A stretch of DNA of 64,000 nt from Microthyrium microscopicum (lineage: Eukaryota), in assembly GCA_010405405.1 (NCBI GenBank), contig MU004244.1, positions 375,895-439,894 of the forward strand, given 5' to 3'. This document shows positions 1 to 12,600 of the stretch, one piece after another (within the stretch, counting starts at the first letter, position 1; every line of letters starts with the position of its first letter). The notes under the pieces were generated by a model. That model was not told where the DNA came from and did no database searches. It saw nothing but the letters and a program-made list of their open reading frames with translations. A program made the translations under genes and the position numbers.

Positions 1-938
1 GTAGATACTAAAGTTCTAACAACGTCATCAGTTCTAATAGTAGTACTAAAAGCTTCAAAGGAAAGGATCAACATAAATATTAGCTTCCAATCCCAATAAG
101 AAGTAAACTAGGAGTTAATCTTATCGTCAAGAGGCCTAAATTAATCAAGTTCTTCTCCATTATCTTATTATAGAGGGTGTTTAAGCAAAGGGCAAGCAAA
201 TTCTAGTATAATCTTCCTTAAAATTACTAACGTTAAAGAATATAGGATTAGGTCTAAAGAGATAGTATATGCATACCATAGACATCCCTTAATAGCAAAA
301 TGCTAATCTTGAAGGCGTATAATCTTCTTGTAGGCTAAAAGGATAGTACTAAGGTTATAAAAGAAGATATAATTAAATTCACCCTTCAAGATAATGCCCT
401 TCCCTTAACACTTTACAAAATATTTAACGACAATATTGAAGTCTTTAGGAATCTCAACTTTATCGTTTGCAGCGTTCTTAGCCTCTGATTAGTCTAATTC
501 TGTCTTATTAGATCTTACAGATTGTGGTAGTAGGGACGCAGGTGTTTAAGATTATAGAGGATTAATTTGAAGGCTCAAAGAACTTAACGGTGAGGGTAGA
601 ATACAATTATAGTTTAAAGGTACTAGCGTTACTAGTATAGAAGATATAAAAGAGCTAATAGTAGTATTTGCTTTAGCTTTAGCTAAAGGCTTTTGAACGC
701 GTCCACTAGCACGTTTTTAGGGAGCAGAATAAACAAAAGATTTAGCTTTACGACCTATATTGAGCGACGGTAAGGTTGAATTACGATTAAATTTAATAAA
801 GGAACGAGAAAGTTGAAGTGATGGTAAAGTAGCAAGAATACGTACTTCACTATTAAGATAAATTATATATTTAGTATATTTAGCTTTAGTAAGAGCTAAT
901 ATAACTTAGAAACAGCTAAGATAACTTAGAATAAGCAT
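1..938 (-). pseudogene. RIP-degraded ORF (probably TE-borne) running off the window edge, possible N-terminal CxxC...CxxC zinc ribbon
   Basis: From ATG at 938 one minus-strand frame stays coding-like for about 310 codons (e.g. SAP*KRASGRVQKP). It is interrupted only by TAA/TAG stops explicable as CAA/CAG/TGG transitions. Composition is TpA-rich and CpA-poor. Confidence 0.5.
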
Positions 939-1080
939 GGTAGAAGAGTAGACATTAATTATTTAGTAGACTAGAAGAAGCTAATTATTGTAGTTACTAT
1001 AACATAATATAAACACCAAGATCTGGCATACTAACGCCTAAAACTAGCACCAAAAGATCTAGCGCCAAAAATAACCAGAG

Positions 1081-1137
1081 TTTCACAGATTCCAGTTCTA
1101 CAGGCTATTTTACGTGTGATTGGTGGAATCTGTGAAA
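1081..1137. repeat. 14-bp perfect inverted repeat near the edge of the RIP-affected block
   Basis: tttcacagattcca (1081-1094) and tggaatctgtgaaa (1124-1137). Confidence 0.7.
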
Positions 1138-2880
1138 ATCTAGCAATTACTACATACAAGGGGGTGTCTGAGCGACCATCACTTTTCGATTATGGGTGTA
1201 GGAGGTGGATGGATGAGTGTGTAAGCCCGGTTCAGCCGACCGTGGATGGTAAATCTAAAGCCCGTCGGATTCTCGGACGCGAAGGGTGAAGATGCCAAAG
1301 CAGACGTCCCAAAGCAGCCAAGCTAAGCGGTGTAGGCTTGTTGGATCTGTGATTCAGCAGTGATTCTTGTGGTCGCCTGGCTCCAAGCTTGCCCAAGCTG
1401 GCTTCGGTGTCGGTCAGACTTCGTACCACCTCGCTAAAACCTCTCCAAATCCCCCCTAATAACTCTAATCTTCTGCGGCGTTTACTAATGTCCCGTCCAC
1501 TCAGAAGCCCGCATTCATCGCGTCATCTCAACTCATCTCAGTTTTGCATTCCAAAGCAGCTTGGTAGGGCGCCCTTCTGACTGTTGTCATTGACTCTGTA
1601 GTGCTGCTTGTACTGCGACTGGTTCATACATTTCTAATCCAAAGCCCCGAAGTCAACCAACCACACACTGTTGCTTTCGGCCTCATCATACGCTCCGATC
1701 GGATTCCTAAACTCCTCTCTCAGCGACACATATTACCCCATTGGGGATTTATGCCTCTATTCTCGTTATCTCCTCCATTACGATAGCTTGCGTTATGCTT
1801 TGCACACTCGTAGAATTGACTGTCCGATCGACCAATCTAGTGGTGATTTAACTTCACAGCCTAAACTGCGGGTACTGCGTCGTCACCAAGAGTTTCATTG
1901 TTCATCCACAAGCCATGGCGTTGTATAGGAGCAACGAGTCCTTTGCAGATATTCAAGGCAGCTATTTTTCTTCTGCTTGTCCAAATTAGGTGTTCTTGTC
2001 GCGGCCCTCATTTCTTTAACTTGGCTGCCTTGTGTCAGCCCCTGTCATCGAGTGCCAATGGCATGGCTCCAAGCTTGCTTGCTTCGCCCGCTTCTCGGAT
2101 TCAATTTCCAACGCGAGGGGCATTGTGCGAGAATAGAAGATCTTTGAGGCTGGAGTTTGCATCGCAAGCTCAATTATTAGTCTTGAGACTTTTGCAGAAT
2201 ATCCATTGACTCAATCCCTCTATGTTTGGGGCATTGCTGCTATCCAAAATCGTTCCGACCCACAGATCTTGATCTGTATCAATGATGGCATGATACCATC
2301 AAGAAGTACGGAGGTAAGGAGGGGAGGTTTGCTGAGTAAAAGGCGAAACACAGGGGTCGAGCTCCCCTGCTCCCGTGCCGCTAAACGTGGCACCATCTCT
2401 CAACTCTGGGCAGGTGCTATCTCAAGTCTCAAGTTTATCGCTGCCTGCTTCCAAATACGCCTAATTTATCCTTAGGAGTGTGCGTACTCCCATAATATGG
2501 TACATGAGCTCCATCAATCTCGCTCATTGATACCATGTAGTAAAGAGGAGCCACAAAATGCTCCTGAATCCTTGAAATCCCGAATTCATTAAGTGTCAGT
2601 CCATTTACAGACATTAGACAATACTGTTTACAGTCTCAATCTTGCTTACTATCAAGGCAGAAACTCCAGCATCGATAGCAATGTCTCAAATCTTCACAAG
2701 ACAGTGAATAAAGATGAGCCATGGGGGAACTGTCTTCGCTTCAAGCCTTCAACCCATGAAAAGAATGAGATACAGAGTACGTGCTGATTATTCAATGCCG
2801 CACACTAGATGATGCCACTGTTTGATCGTAGGTAAACGTTAACGAACCATATATACAGACACGATATCTGCTTATATGAG

Positions 2881-3032
2881 TGTTGTGATAAAGAATATGC
2901 CAAGGGATTAGATAATCGTAGGACCTAATTAGGGATAATATAATTCCCTAATTAGCGTGTCCTAAAAACTATATTAGGCCCTTAGACTCTTATAGTAATT
3001 AACTACGCTTTATTTCTTATATTCTTATAATA
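2881..3032 (+). repeat. 5' LTR of the Gypsy element
   Basis: Aligns without gaps to 13642-13793, with differences dominated by C>T/G>A. Followed by tttagtagta, compatible with a RIP-mutated TGGTAGC-type tRNA primer site. Confidence 0.92.
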
Positions 3033-5650
3033 TTTAGTAGTAATAATTTAATTTAATTAGGACCTCTAGATAATAGACCTCTTATAAAAATTCCTAAATT
3101 TACTTTATTATTAATAATTACTTAGAATTAATATCTAGTAAGATATACTCTAAGAATACTATTCCTTAATTAGCTAGCCTTATTATAGCTTAATGCCTAG
3201 TAACTATATATTAAGAAATAATTCTTAAGATTTATATATAATAATATTCTTTACTACTATATATTTTAAAAATATCTTAAATTATTTTTAATTTAAACTA
3301 CTACTTTAAGAATTATTAAATATATTATAAGAATTATCTCTTCTATAATAATACTCTCTTTATTTCTACTAATTTCTACTATATTAATTATATAGCTATT
3401 AGATAAAATATAGAAACTTCTTCTTAAAAAATTCCTTAGAATAACGTTATAGGAACTTTACTATATAAATTAAAGCTAATAAGTAATAATATAGACTTTT
3501 AGCCTTAGGTTATCTTAGGAAATTAGATTAAAATTTTATTTATACTAAGGAAGTATAAAAATCTATTTTAGAATAATTTCTTAACTCTAAATTCTATTTA
3601 ACTAACTTTAGTATAGAAACTTTTAGATTTTAAGACTTTTTTTTTACCTTACTAAGATTATACTTTTTATTAAAACTATTACTTTCTTTTACTAAAATAA
3701 ATAACTAGTATAATAATATTATAGCTTAAGCTATAAAATAAGATACTTAGTAAATATAATACTAAGCTTAAATTACTAATTTAGGTTTTTAAGATAAGTA
3801 ACTTACTCTTATATTACTAAATAACCTTTCTAATATACTAAATCTTAGTCTTAATCTTATAACTTAAGTTATTAATATTTAGTAATTAAGGCTTTAAGCT
3901 TTAAATTATTCTATTAATATATATTAAGTTAATTCCTAGACTATTAATTATCCTTTTACTAAACTATAAACTCTCTTTTAGGCTTAGAACTATATTTCTA
4001 AGGAACTTAATTACGTTCTTTAAGCTTATAACTAAACTTTCTAATATAATAATAATAGAAATTAGTAGTTTATAAATAGGCCTATTCTTTTTTAGAGAGT
4101 ATTATTTTACCTTATTACTAATAGGTAAATTAAATAAAATTATAGCCTTAAACTTATAGAGAACGTTTAATATACTTAGTAGTAAGAAATAGTAAATTAT
4201 ATTACTAAATTAATCTCTTGCCTTAATATAAGTAAGTTTATCTTATATACTTAAGATTACTAAGTAAATAAAATTAAGGCTTATATTTAGACTTAGGCTT
4301 TAACCTAAGAAACTTTATAAATAGATATTACTTACTTAAACTTTATAAGAAAGCTAAGTAAGGAGTTAGATAAGACTATTAAATTACTTTTCTAAACTTT
4401 TAGTCTCTAAAAACTTATTAAGATAATAAGGAATATTCCTTAGAAATAGAAATAATATTTAACTAAGTTTAAGATACCTCTTAATAGTTTATTCTCTAAG
4501 AAACTAAGTAAGTATAATACTTAGGCTAAGAGCCTCTTTTATACTTTTAAGGCTAGTAAAGATATTCTTTTATTAAATTTTGCTCTACTTAAGTAGTAGA
4601 AAATTATTAAGGTTAAAGAATATCTTCTTATTAAGTAATGTCTTTTATAGGCTAACTTAGCTTAGTAATAGACTATAGAGAAGTTTAAGATACTTAAAAG
4701 TTTATCTTATTTCTTTACTTACTTTTAACCTATATTTAGTATTAAAAAAAATATACTTAAGATTAGTATTTAGTAGGATTATATATTATAGGTTTTATTT
4801 ACTAAGAAATTTATCTATTATTTTTATATTCTATAAACTTAAATAAATTCTATACTTACTAATTATAAAATAGGTATTTAAATCTAAGGAGGCTTTAAAG
4901 AATAAGTTATCTTTAAAGCTAAGTATAAGTATAGTACTATTCTTAACCTTATAGTTAATATTTTAGCTTTTAAATAAAAAATTATTAAATATAATATAAA
5001 CTTTTATAGAAATGCGTATAATACTTATAATGCTTATAAGCTAGAATAGCTTAATAAAATCTTTTTTAGTTTTAAAAAAAATAAAGAGCCTATCCTAAAT
5101 ACTAATTTTAAGAAATATCTTAAGAAAGTTAATAATAAAAGCTATACTAATAATAAGCTTAAGTTAAATAATAAAAATTTAGGATAGCTTAATACTATAA
5201 ATAGCTATAATTATTATCTTAAAGAATAATATAATACTTAATACTTTAAGAAATTTAACTTTAATAAAAAGTTATATTCTTCTTATAAAAAGGATTCTAA
5301 AAATAAAAAAGCTTCTATAGATAACTTTAAACTTAAGTACTAGAATTATAGTAAACTTAGCTACTATACTATAAATTATAAAAAACCTAACTAGTAATAA
5401 TAGAGTTTAAAAAACTACTATTACTAAGAAATAAATAAGAATTTTTTAGCTTAGAACTAAAATACTTTACTTATCTATATAATAACTAATAAGTTTTTCT
5501 TAACTATATAAGTAAATATAGTAATACTCTTTTATATCTATCTATTTACTTATATTATAAAAATTATTCTATTAAGACTATAGCTTTTTTAGACTTAGGA
5601 GCTAATTCTATTTATATTAGTTAAAAGATTATTAAGAAACTTAAAGCTTC

Positions 5651-6622
5651 TGTTAGAAATAGGTATAGATATTTAACTCGAACCTGTACTAAAACGGGTG
5701 CATAAAAAGCACGTTAGTGTCCACTAAGATTAGCAAAACACCTTGAATATTCCGTATAAGTAGAGTATATTCGTAAAGATTTAGACCGTTGCAGGAATTG
5801 AACCCGCGACCTGTTCCGATTCCTGACATTATCACCCTTCTTAAGGGCTGGCGTCCCGACAGCCCCGCAGCAGAATAACATCAAAACATTAGGCAGTTGC
5901 ACATAAACAACACACTACCGCAACTTCTACTCCTAGCCACGTACGCTTGCTTTATCAAAAATCTTGCCTGCTTCTACCGTAGCTAATCCTGCATCTGCAA
6001 CATTAGCTAGCCTGTTTGGGCTAGCCTTGATTCCCAAATTTAGTGATTCTCCTCACTGACTTTAGGGGACCCTCCACTCCGGAACTCAGATCGTGTTAGG
6101 TAGGGTCGCCTAAAATTAGTGATCGGAATCACTAAATTTGGGCATCAAGGCTAGCCCAAAGAGGCTAGCTAATGTTGCAGATGCAGGATTAGCTATGGTA
6201 GCAGGTCTTGTTCTGTGCCTCCTACGCTTTTTGGAGAAGGACTTTCAGTGCTGCTTGATCAAGGCAGGCTTGTTCTTGCCTTTACGACCAATCCAGGCTA
6301 AAGGACTTTCTTGTTCTTGCCTAAAATAAGGGCGCCCCTTCCCTGAGGGGCTGAAGCAAGCGTCATCACCTTTCAGGGTGTGTGAACGCTAATTTGGGGA
6401 CGGTAATTCCATACTGTTGGGCCCAAATGGATTAGCGGACACTATGTTAGAAACAGGCACAGATATTCAACTCGAACCTGTACTAAAACGGGTGCATAAA
6501 AAGCACGTTAGTGTCCACTAAGATTAGTAAAACACCTTGAATATTCCGTATAAGTAGAGTATGTTCGTAAAGATTCAGACCGTTGCAGGAATTGAACCCG
6601 CGACCTGTTCCGATTCCTAACA
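5651..6622 (-). mobile_element. Non-autonomous miniature LTR retrotransposon (TRIM) nested in the Gypsy protease region
   Basis: 178-bp direct repeats (5651-5828, 6445-6622) with TG...CA ends and 8 differences, 5-bp TSD GCTTC (5646-5650, 6623-6627), and a 616-bp non-coding interior. PPT-like GAAGGGTGATAA abuts one LTR on the minus strand. GC content is much higher than the host element. Confidence 0.93.
5974..6201. repeat. Long inverted repeat (hairpin) inside the TRIM
   Basis: Arms 5974-6049 and 6126-6201 are reverse complements at 73 of 76 positions. Inner imperfect arms 6053-6073 and 6102-6122 extend the stem. Confidence 0.92.
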
Positions 6623-9600
6623 GCTTCTATAATATTTATCTTAGAGAAAGAAATTACTCTTATAGATAGCTATATAGTTATAACTTCCTTTAGGATTTAC
6701 TTATTTTATTATATTAGGACTTTTTATAGCTACTTTAAGATATATATTCTAAATATTTTTAATCTTAATATTATTTTTAGACTCTTATAGTTTTAGTTAT
6801 ATAATCTATAAATTAATTAAATAATAAAGTAAATTAAGCTTATAGAGTAATACTTAGGAGGCCTTTATACTTATAAGCTTACTATAAGACGCTAAATAGA
6901 GCTTCTTTAGAATAAGAAGAGCTACTTAGAATAAATAGAGTAATTTATAGTTAGCTTTCTTTATATAATCTTTTAAGTACTTTAGAATAGAGTAAAAAGA
7001 GTAAAAAATAAAGTTAAGAACGTTCTTTAGCTAATTTAAGGAATATAAGAATAGCTTAATATTCTCTTAATAACTAATAATCTTAATATTAATAAACTTA
7101 CTCTAAAAGATAAAGGTATATAAAAACTTTTAAATAATTACTATAAGTTCTTTTATTATATCCTTTCTAAACTTTTACTATATTCTAAGTTTAATTATAA
7201 AATCTTTATAAGAGATACTTTTCTTTATAACTAGGCTTATTATTAGATATCTAGCCTATAACTAAAAAAGTAGAAAAAGTAGATTTAAGAATTACTTACT
7301 AAAGAACTTATTAAAGTCTTAAGAAGTCTTTAGAGTTTCTCTATCCTATTTATATTAAAGCTAAGAAAAAAATAGAGAATATATATTAACTATTATCTAC
7401 TTAATATAGTTATATATAAGGATACTTATCTTTTATTATAAATTAATAAGTATCTTAATACTATTAATAGAGTAAGATTCTTCTCTAAGCTTAACTTCCT
7501 ATTAGGCTATTAATAAGTCTATATAGTAAAAAAAAATATTAAGAAAATAGCTTTTAATACTAAGTTTAGGAAGTATAAGTTCTTTATTATACTTTTTAGA
7601 TTAATAAATACGCTATTATTTTTTTAGTATATAATAAATACTCTTCTCTAGCTCTTCTTATTAACTTATATAATTATTTACTTAAATAATATTATTATTT
7701 ACTTAGATACTATAGAAGAATATTATAAGTATATTACCTAGGTTTTAAAGATTCTTTAGAATAATAAGCTCTATGCTTATTTTAATAAATATATCTTTAG
7801 AATTAAGAAAATTAAATTCTATAGCTATAAAGTAAGAAATTAATAAATCTAATCCTTATATAAAAAGACTACCTTAATTAAGTCCTAGCTTATACTTAAG
7901 AATATATATAAAGTACGTTAATTCTTTAGTCTTACCTTATACTATTAGTAGTATATTAAAAATTTTACTAAGATTACTACCTCTATTTTTAATCTCCTAA
8001 AAGAGGCTAATCTAGATATTAAGAAAAAGAAGTACTACCTTATTACTTAGACTTATTAATATACTATAGCCTTTAATAAAATTAAGACTTTATTAACCTT
8101 ATTACTTATCTTAATAATATATAATTTATAAAAGCCTATAAAGCTTTAAATAAATGCTTTAAATTATATAATTAGTTATAAGCTAGTATAAAAAAATAAC
8201 TAAAGTAAATAGTACTTAGTTACTTTTAATAGCTATAAGCTAAGTAAAGCTAAACTTAATTATTTAGTATATAAGAAAAAGCTTCTTATAGTTAAGAATA
8301 TAATTAGGAAATACTAATACTACTTTCTAAGAAAAACTATTAAAGTAATTATAAATTATAATAGCTTATAATATATAAATATAATTAAGAATAATACTTA
8401 ATATATTACTTAATAAATTAAAGAGTTCTAAGAATTTAATCTTATTTTTATATATTATAAGAGTTTCTAAGTAGTAGTTCTTAATACTCTTAGTTATTAT
8501 CTAAACTTTTAAAAAGGATAAATTAATATTATCTAGAAAATAAAGCTTAAAGATAGTAATAATAATTTATCTTTTAAAGCGTAAGCTACTTTATTAGAAT
8601 CCTTATAAGAGTAAAAAGAATAAGAAGCTCTTTATATATAGAGCTTATAAAAAGTATTAGAAAAGAAAAATTATATTATCTCTACTAGTATATAAAAAAG
8701 ACTCTAAAAAAGTATTCTTAATTATTTTTAGATTAATCCTAATAAAGATATTAGAAGAAAATATAAGTATTTATTCTTAGAGAAAGATTCTATTAAAGCT
8801 AAGATACTTACTAGTTTACTCTATATTTATTTCTTTTATTACTAAGACCTTATTAAGAAAGTATATAATTAATATAGGTATTTATTATATATAGGCTTTA
8901 CTAATATCTTTAAACTAAAGAGTTAATAGCTAAGAATAGAGAATAACTTTTAAAAATTTATTAAGTTCTATCCTATATATTAAGTTTAATAAATAGATTA
9001 AAGTAGGCCTAAATATAGGTTTTACTATTAAGTATAAAACTTATAGCTATTTAAGGCTTAGAAAATTAACTTAATTAGTAAACTTCTATAAAGTCTTCTT
9101 AAGAACTAGTATATTATTTATATAATTAACTATATTATAAAATAGCTTATTATAGAAGTAGTATTAAATATTATTACTTCTATAGTTATAGAATTTATTT
9201 ATAGAAAAATTATCTTAAAATATAGTTCTTCTTAATTATTAATCTTAAATAATAGACTTTAGTTTATTTTAGACGTAATTTTATTTTTATTATAATAGAT
9301 AAAGACTAAGTACTACTTAATAGCCTTATATAACCCTTAGTCTAATAAAAAGATTAAGAAATTTAATAGCCTACTAGGTATATTCTTAACTAAGTTTCTA
9401 AAAGGAAAACTTATAGCTAGCTAAGATCTATATCTAGATTAAGTAGTTTATACTATTAGGATATAAGCTTATACTATATTAGAAATATTTCTCTTCTTCT
9501 TTATTTATAAAAAAAATCCTAAAGATTTTAAAATAAGCTAGGTAAAGGAAAATAAATAAGCTAAATTAACTAGTACTATACTTCTTATCTATATAATTAT

Positions 9601-12600
9601 TAAAGATTACCTAAAGAAGGTTAGAATTATTAAGTAAGTTTATTATAACGCTTTATTAAAATAAGCTATAGCCTTAAACCTTATTAATAGTAATATAATT
9701 TTAAAAGAGGACTCTATTATTAAGTTCTCTATAAGTTTTTATATACTTCTTAAAAATTTAAATAAAACTAAATTCTAGGTAGTATAGTTTAGCTCTTATA
9801 AAGTCTTAAAAGCTTACTTTTTAAGAATATACGCTTTTAAGATACTTAATAAAAGAATACTTAGAAACTTTATCTATAGAAATTACCTTATATAAGTATA
9901 TATATAAAAAGAAAATAAATATTATTACTAGAACTAGCTATATTTTAAATATAAGTAACTAAGTAAGAATAACTTTAAAAACGTTCTAAATAAAGAATAT
10001 AAAAGTAAAATAGATATATCTACTATAACTAAGAAAGACTAGCTTAATAGATTAAGAAACCTTTTAGTAGAGTTAATTAATATTAAGAAGTTTAGTATTA
10101 AGAGATATTACTTAAGTTTACTTACTATCTCTTTTAACTTTATAAGAAAAGTTTAAGAAGCTAAAATAGGTATTTATAAATAAAAAAAAAAAAATTCTAT
10201 AATAACTATTTATAATCTAAGTAGTAACTTAGAAACTTCTATAATATTAGAATATATTTCTTTTAACTTAATTTTAGCTTTAGTATAAAGTAATTTAAAA
10301 TAGATAGAGTAAATTATATAGAAGGTAGAATATTTTATAGTACTATAAGATTTAGTAAAAGAGAAAAATAATAATATTTCTATTCTTCTAAATTAAAACT
10401 TAGTAAAAAAGGAAATTCTTCTAGCTATAGTAAATTAAGAATTAATCTTTATATTATTAGAATAATAAGAGTAAAGAAATAAATTATTAAAGCTAAAGAG
10501 CTATAATAAGATTACTACCCTAATTGCCTATATATCTATACTAGAAGTAATAAATCTATATAAATAGGTATCTAATCTTAAAGAAGATTATTAAAATATT
10601 AATCCTTTATTACTAAATACTATAGAAGTAAAGGTTTTTTCTATAGATTATCCTAAACCTAGTCTACTATAAGAGATAAATATAACTAAAGGATTCTTAT
10701 AGAATACTAATATATTTAGGCTAATTATAACGCTTAGTAATTCTATATACTTTAGTACTAGCTTATAATATTTAGAATTAAGATAAAAATAGTAGAAGAC
10801 TACTTCTAAATAAGAAATTATTCTATATATAGATATAGGTAAGGTACTTATAAGAAAAAAAAGAAAAATTAATCTTTTATTATTTCTTTTATAACCTTTC
10901 TTAATTATATTTATTTAAGGAAACTATTTATAAGAAATTACTTTTATTTATTATTAATTTAAGTAAACTATTATAAGTAATAATAACTAAAATTAAACCT
11001 TTAAATCTCCTTAGTAATCTCTAAGACTATTACTAAGGTTATTTAAATATAATAAGCTATCTTTAGATCTCTCTAGTAATTCCTAAGACTATTACTAAAA
11101 GCCTTTTTATAAAATATTTAATAGTAAGAAATAGGAAACCTAAATAACCTAAATTCCTAAGCTAACTTACTACTTTCTAATTTTAAAGTAATATAAGCTT
11201 AATACTACCTTTCTCTATTTCTTAGAAAATAACTAACTCTAAGAGTCTAGTCTTATTTCTTTCTTTATATAAGTAAGCTAATATACTTCTTCTCTATTAA
11301 AACTAAATATAGTTAGTAAAGCTTTTAGATAATTAGAAATAGTATAAATAATAGGCTACTAGTAGAGCTATAAATAGAAGTAATAAGTAGTTTAGTAATT
11401 ACCTATATTAATTATATAGTACCTATGCTTATCTTCTTTATTATAAATAAATAATTTTATTTACTATTTAGAGTATAATTTATATAAGCTCTATTAAATA
11501 TAAAATTACTCTTTATATCCTAAAAGACTATATAATTATACTAAGTAATAACTTCTTTATCTAAGAGCTTAAGTATATAGTAGTATTTATATTTATTATA
11601 ATATTAATTAGGTTAGTAACTTTAAATATAAGCTATAGCTACTTATAACTTATTACTACTAAATAATAAGTTAGTTATTACTATAGTAGCTAGCTTAGTC
11701 TAAGTAAGATTATACTTAATATAATATTTAAGTAATACTAAGATCTTTTAAAAGATTTTAATTCTCTAATTTTAAAGATTCTATAAGACCTAGATAAGCT
11801 TATTCTAAGTCTTTTTCTTATATATTTATAGCTAGTAGTTTAAATAGATTAATTAACTACTTATTATAGTATAAGCTATATTATTAAGTAAATACTTATA
11901 AGTTTACTTATTAAGCTTCTTTAAGAAAGCTAAATAATAACTTAAATTAAGCTCTACTTTAATTTAAGGCTTAGGTAAGGTTTTATATATACTACTTTAT
12001 TTTTTTATAAGCTAACATAATAGCATCTTTATCTTTTCCTTACTTAAAAACTTAACGTACTTTAGTTTATTCTTAAAAATATTTAAGAAGCTAGTTTTAT
12101 TAACTATATACTTATATACTTATAGAATATTATAAGTTTATTCTAGCTTAAGTATTATATAATAGTAGTAGCTTTAGCTATACTCTTAGTTAATAATCTA
12201 GTATAAGATTATTTTAAAATATACTAAGCTATTTTAAATACGCTAGAATATATCTTCTATTACTTAAATCTAAAAATATATTATATTTTACTTTATACGT
12301 ACTTATATAGAGTTAAGTAATATAGTATTTAAGAAGTTATAATTTAGACTAAAGGTATTAGTAATATAAGTACTAAATATTATAAATAGCTTAATCTTAT
12401 TTTAATCTAGAAAACTTATTTCTTAGAGCTATTAAAGCATTACTTACGTTAGAGTATTCTTCTTAATAGAACCTATTTTTCGTTTAAGTATTTCTTAAGT
12501 AGCTTATTTATAAGCTAACTTCTACTAGTAAAAGAACTTATTCTTTAAGACTAGAAAATATTATTTAAACGTAAGTAATTATTTATAAGATTATCTTATC

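Noticed and set aside
1232..2787. Cluster of 60-100 aa ORFs between the two RIP blocks
   Set aside because: No motif, no consistent frame and no convincing splice pattern; treated as non-coding or unresolved.
5784..5812. Intact tRNA gene
   Set aside because: Only the variable loop, T-arm and 3' acceptor strand are present; no D-arm, anticodon arm or matching 5' acceptor strand.
5714..6329. Short ORFs 5714-5902 and 6138-6329 as TRIM-encoded proteins
   Set aside because: They overlap the LTR and hairpin arm, are about 60 aa and show no recognisable motif.
5651..6622. Retrozyme (hammerhead ribozyme-bearing LTR element)
   Set aside because: Size and structure fit, but I found no CUGAnGA...GAAA hammerhead core in the LTRs or interior on either strand.
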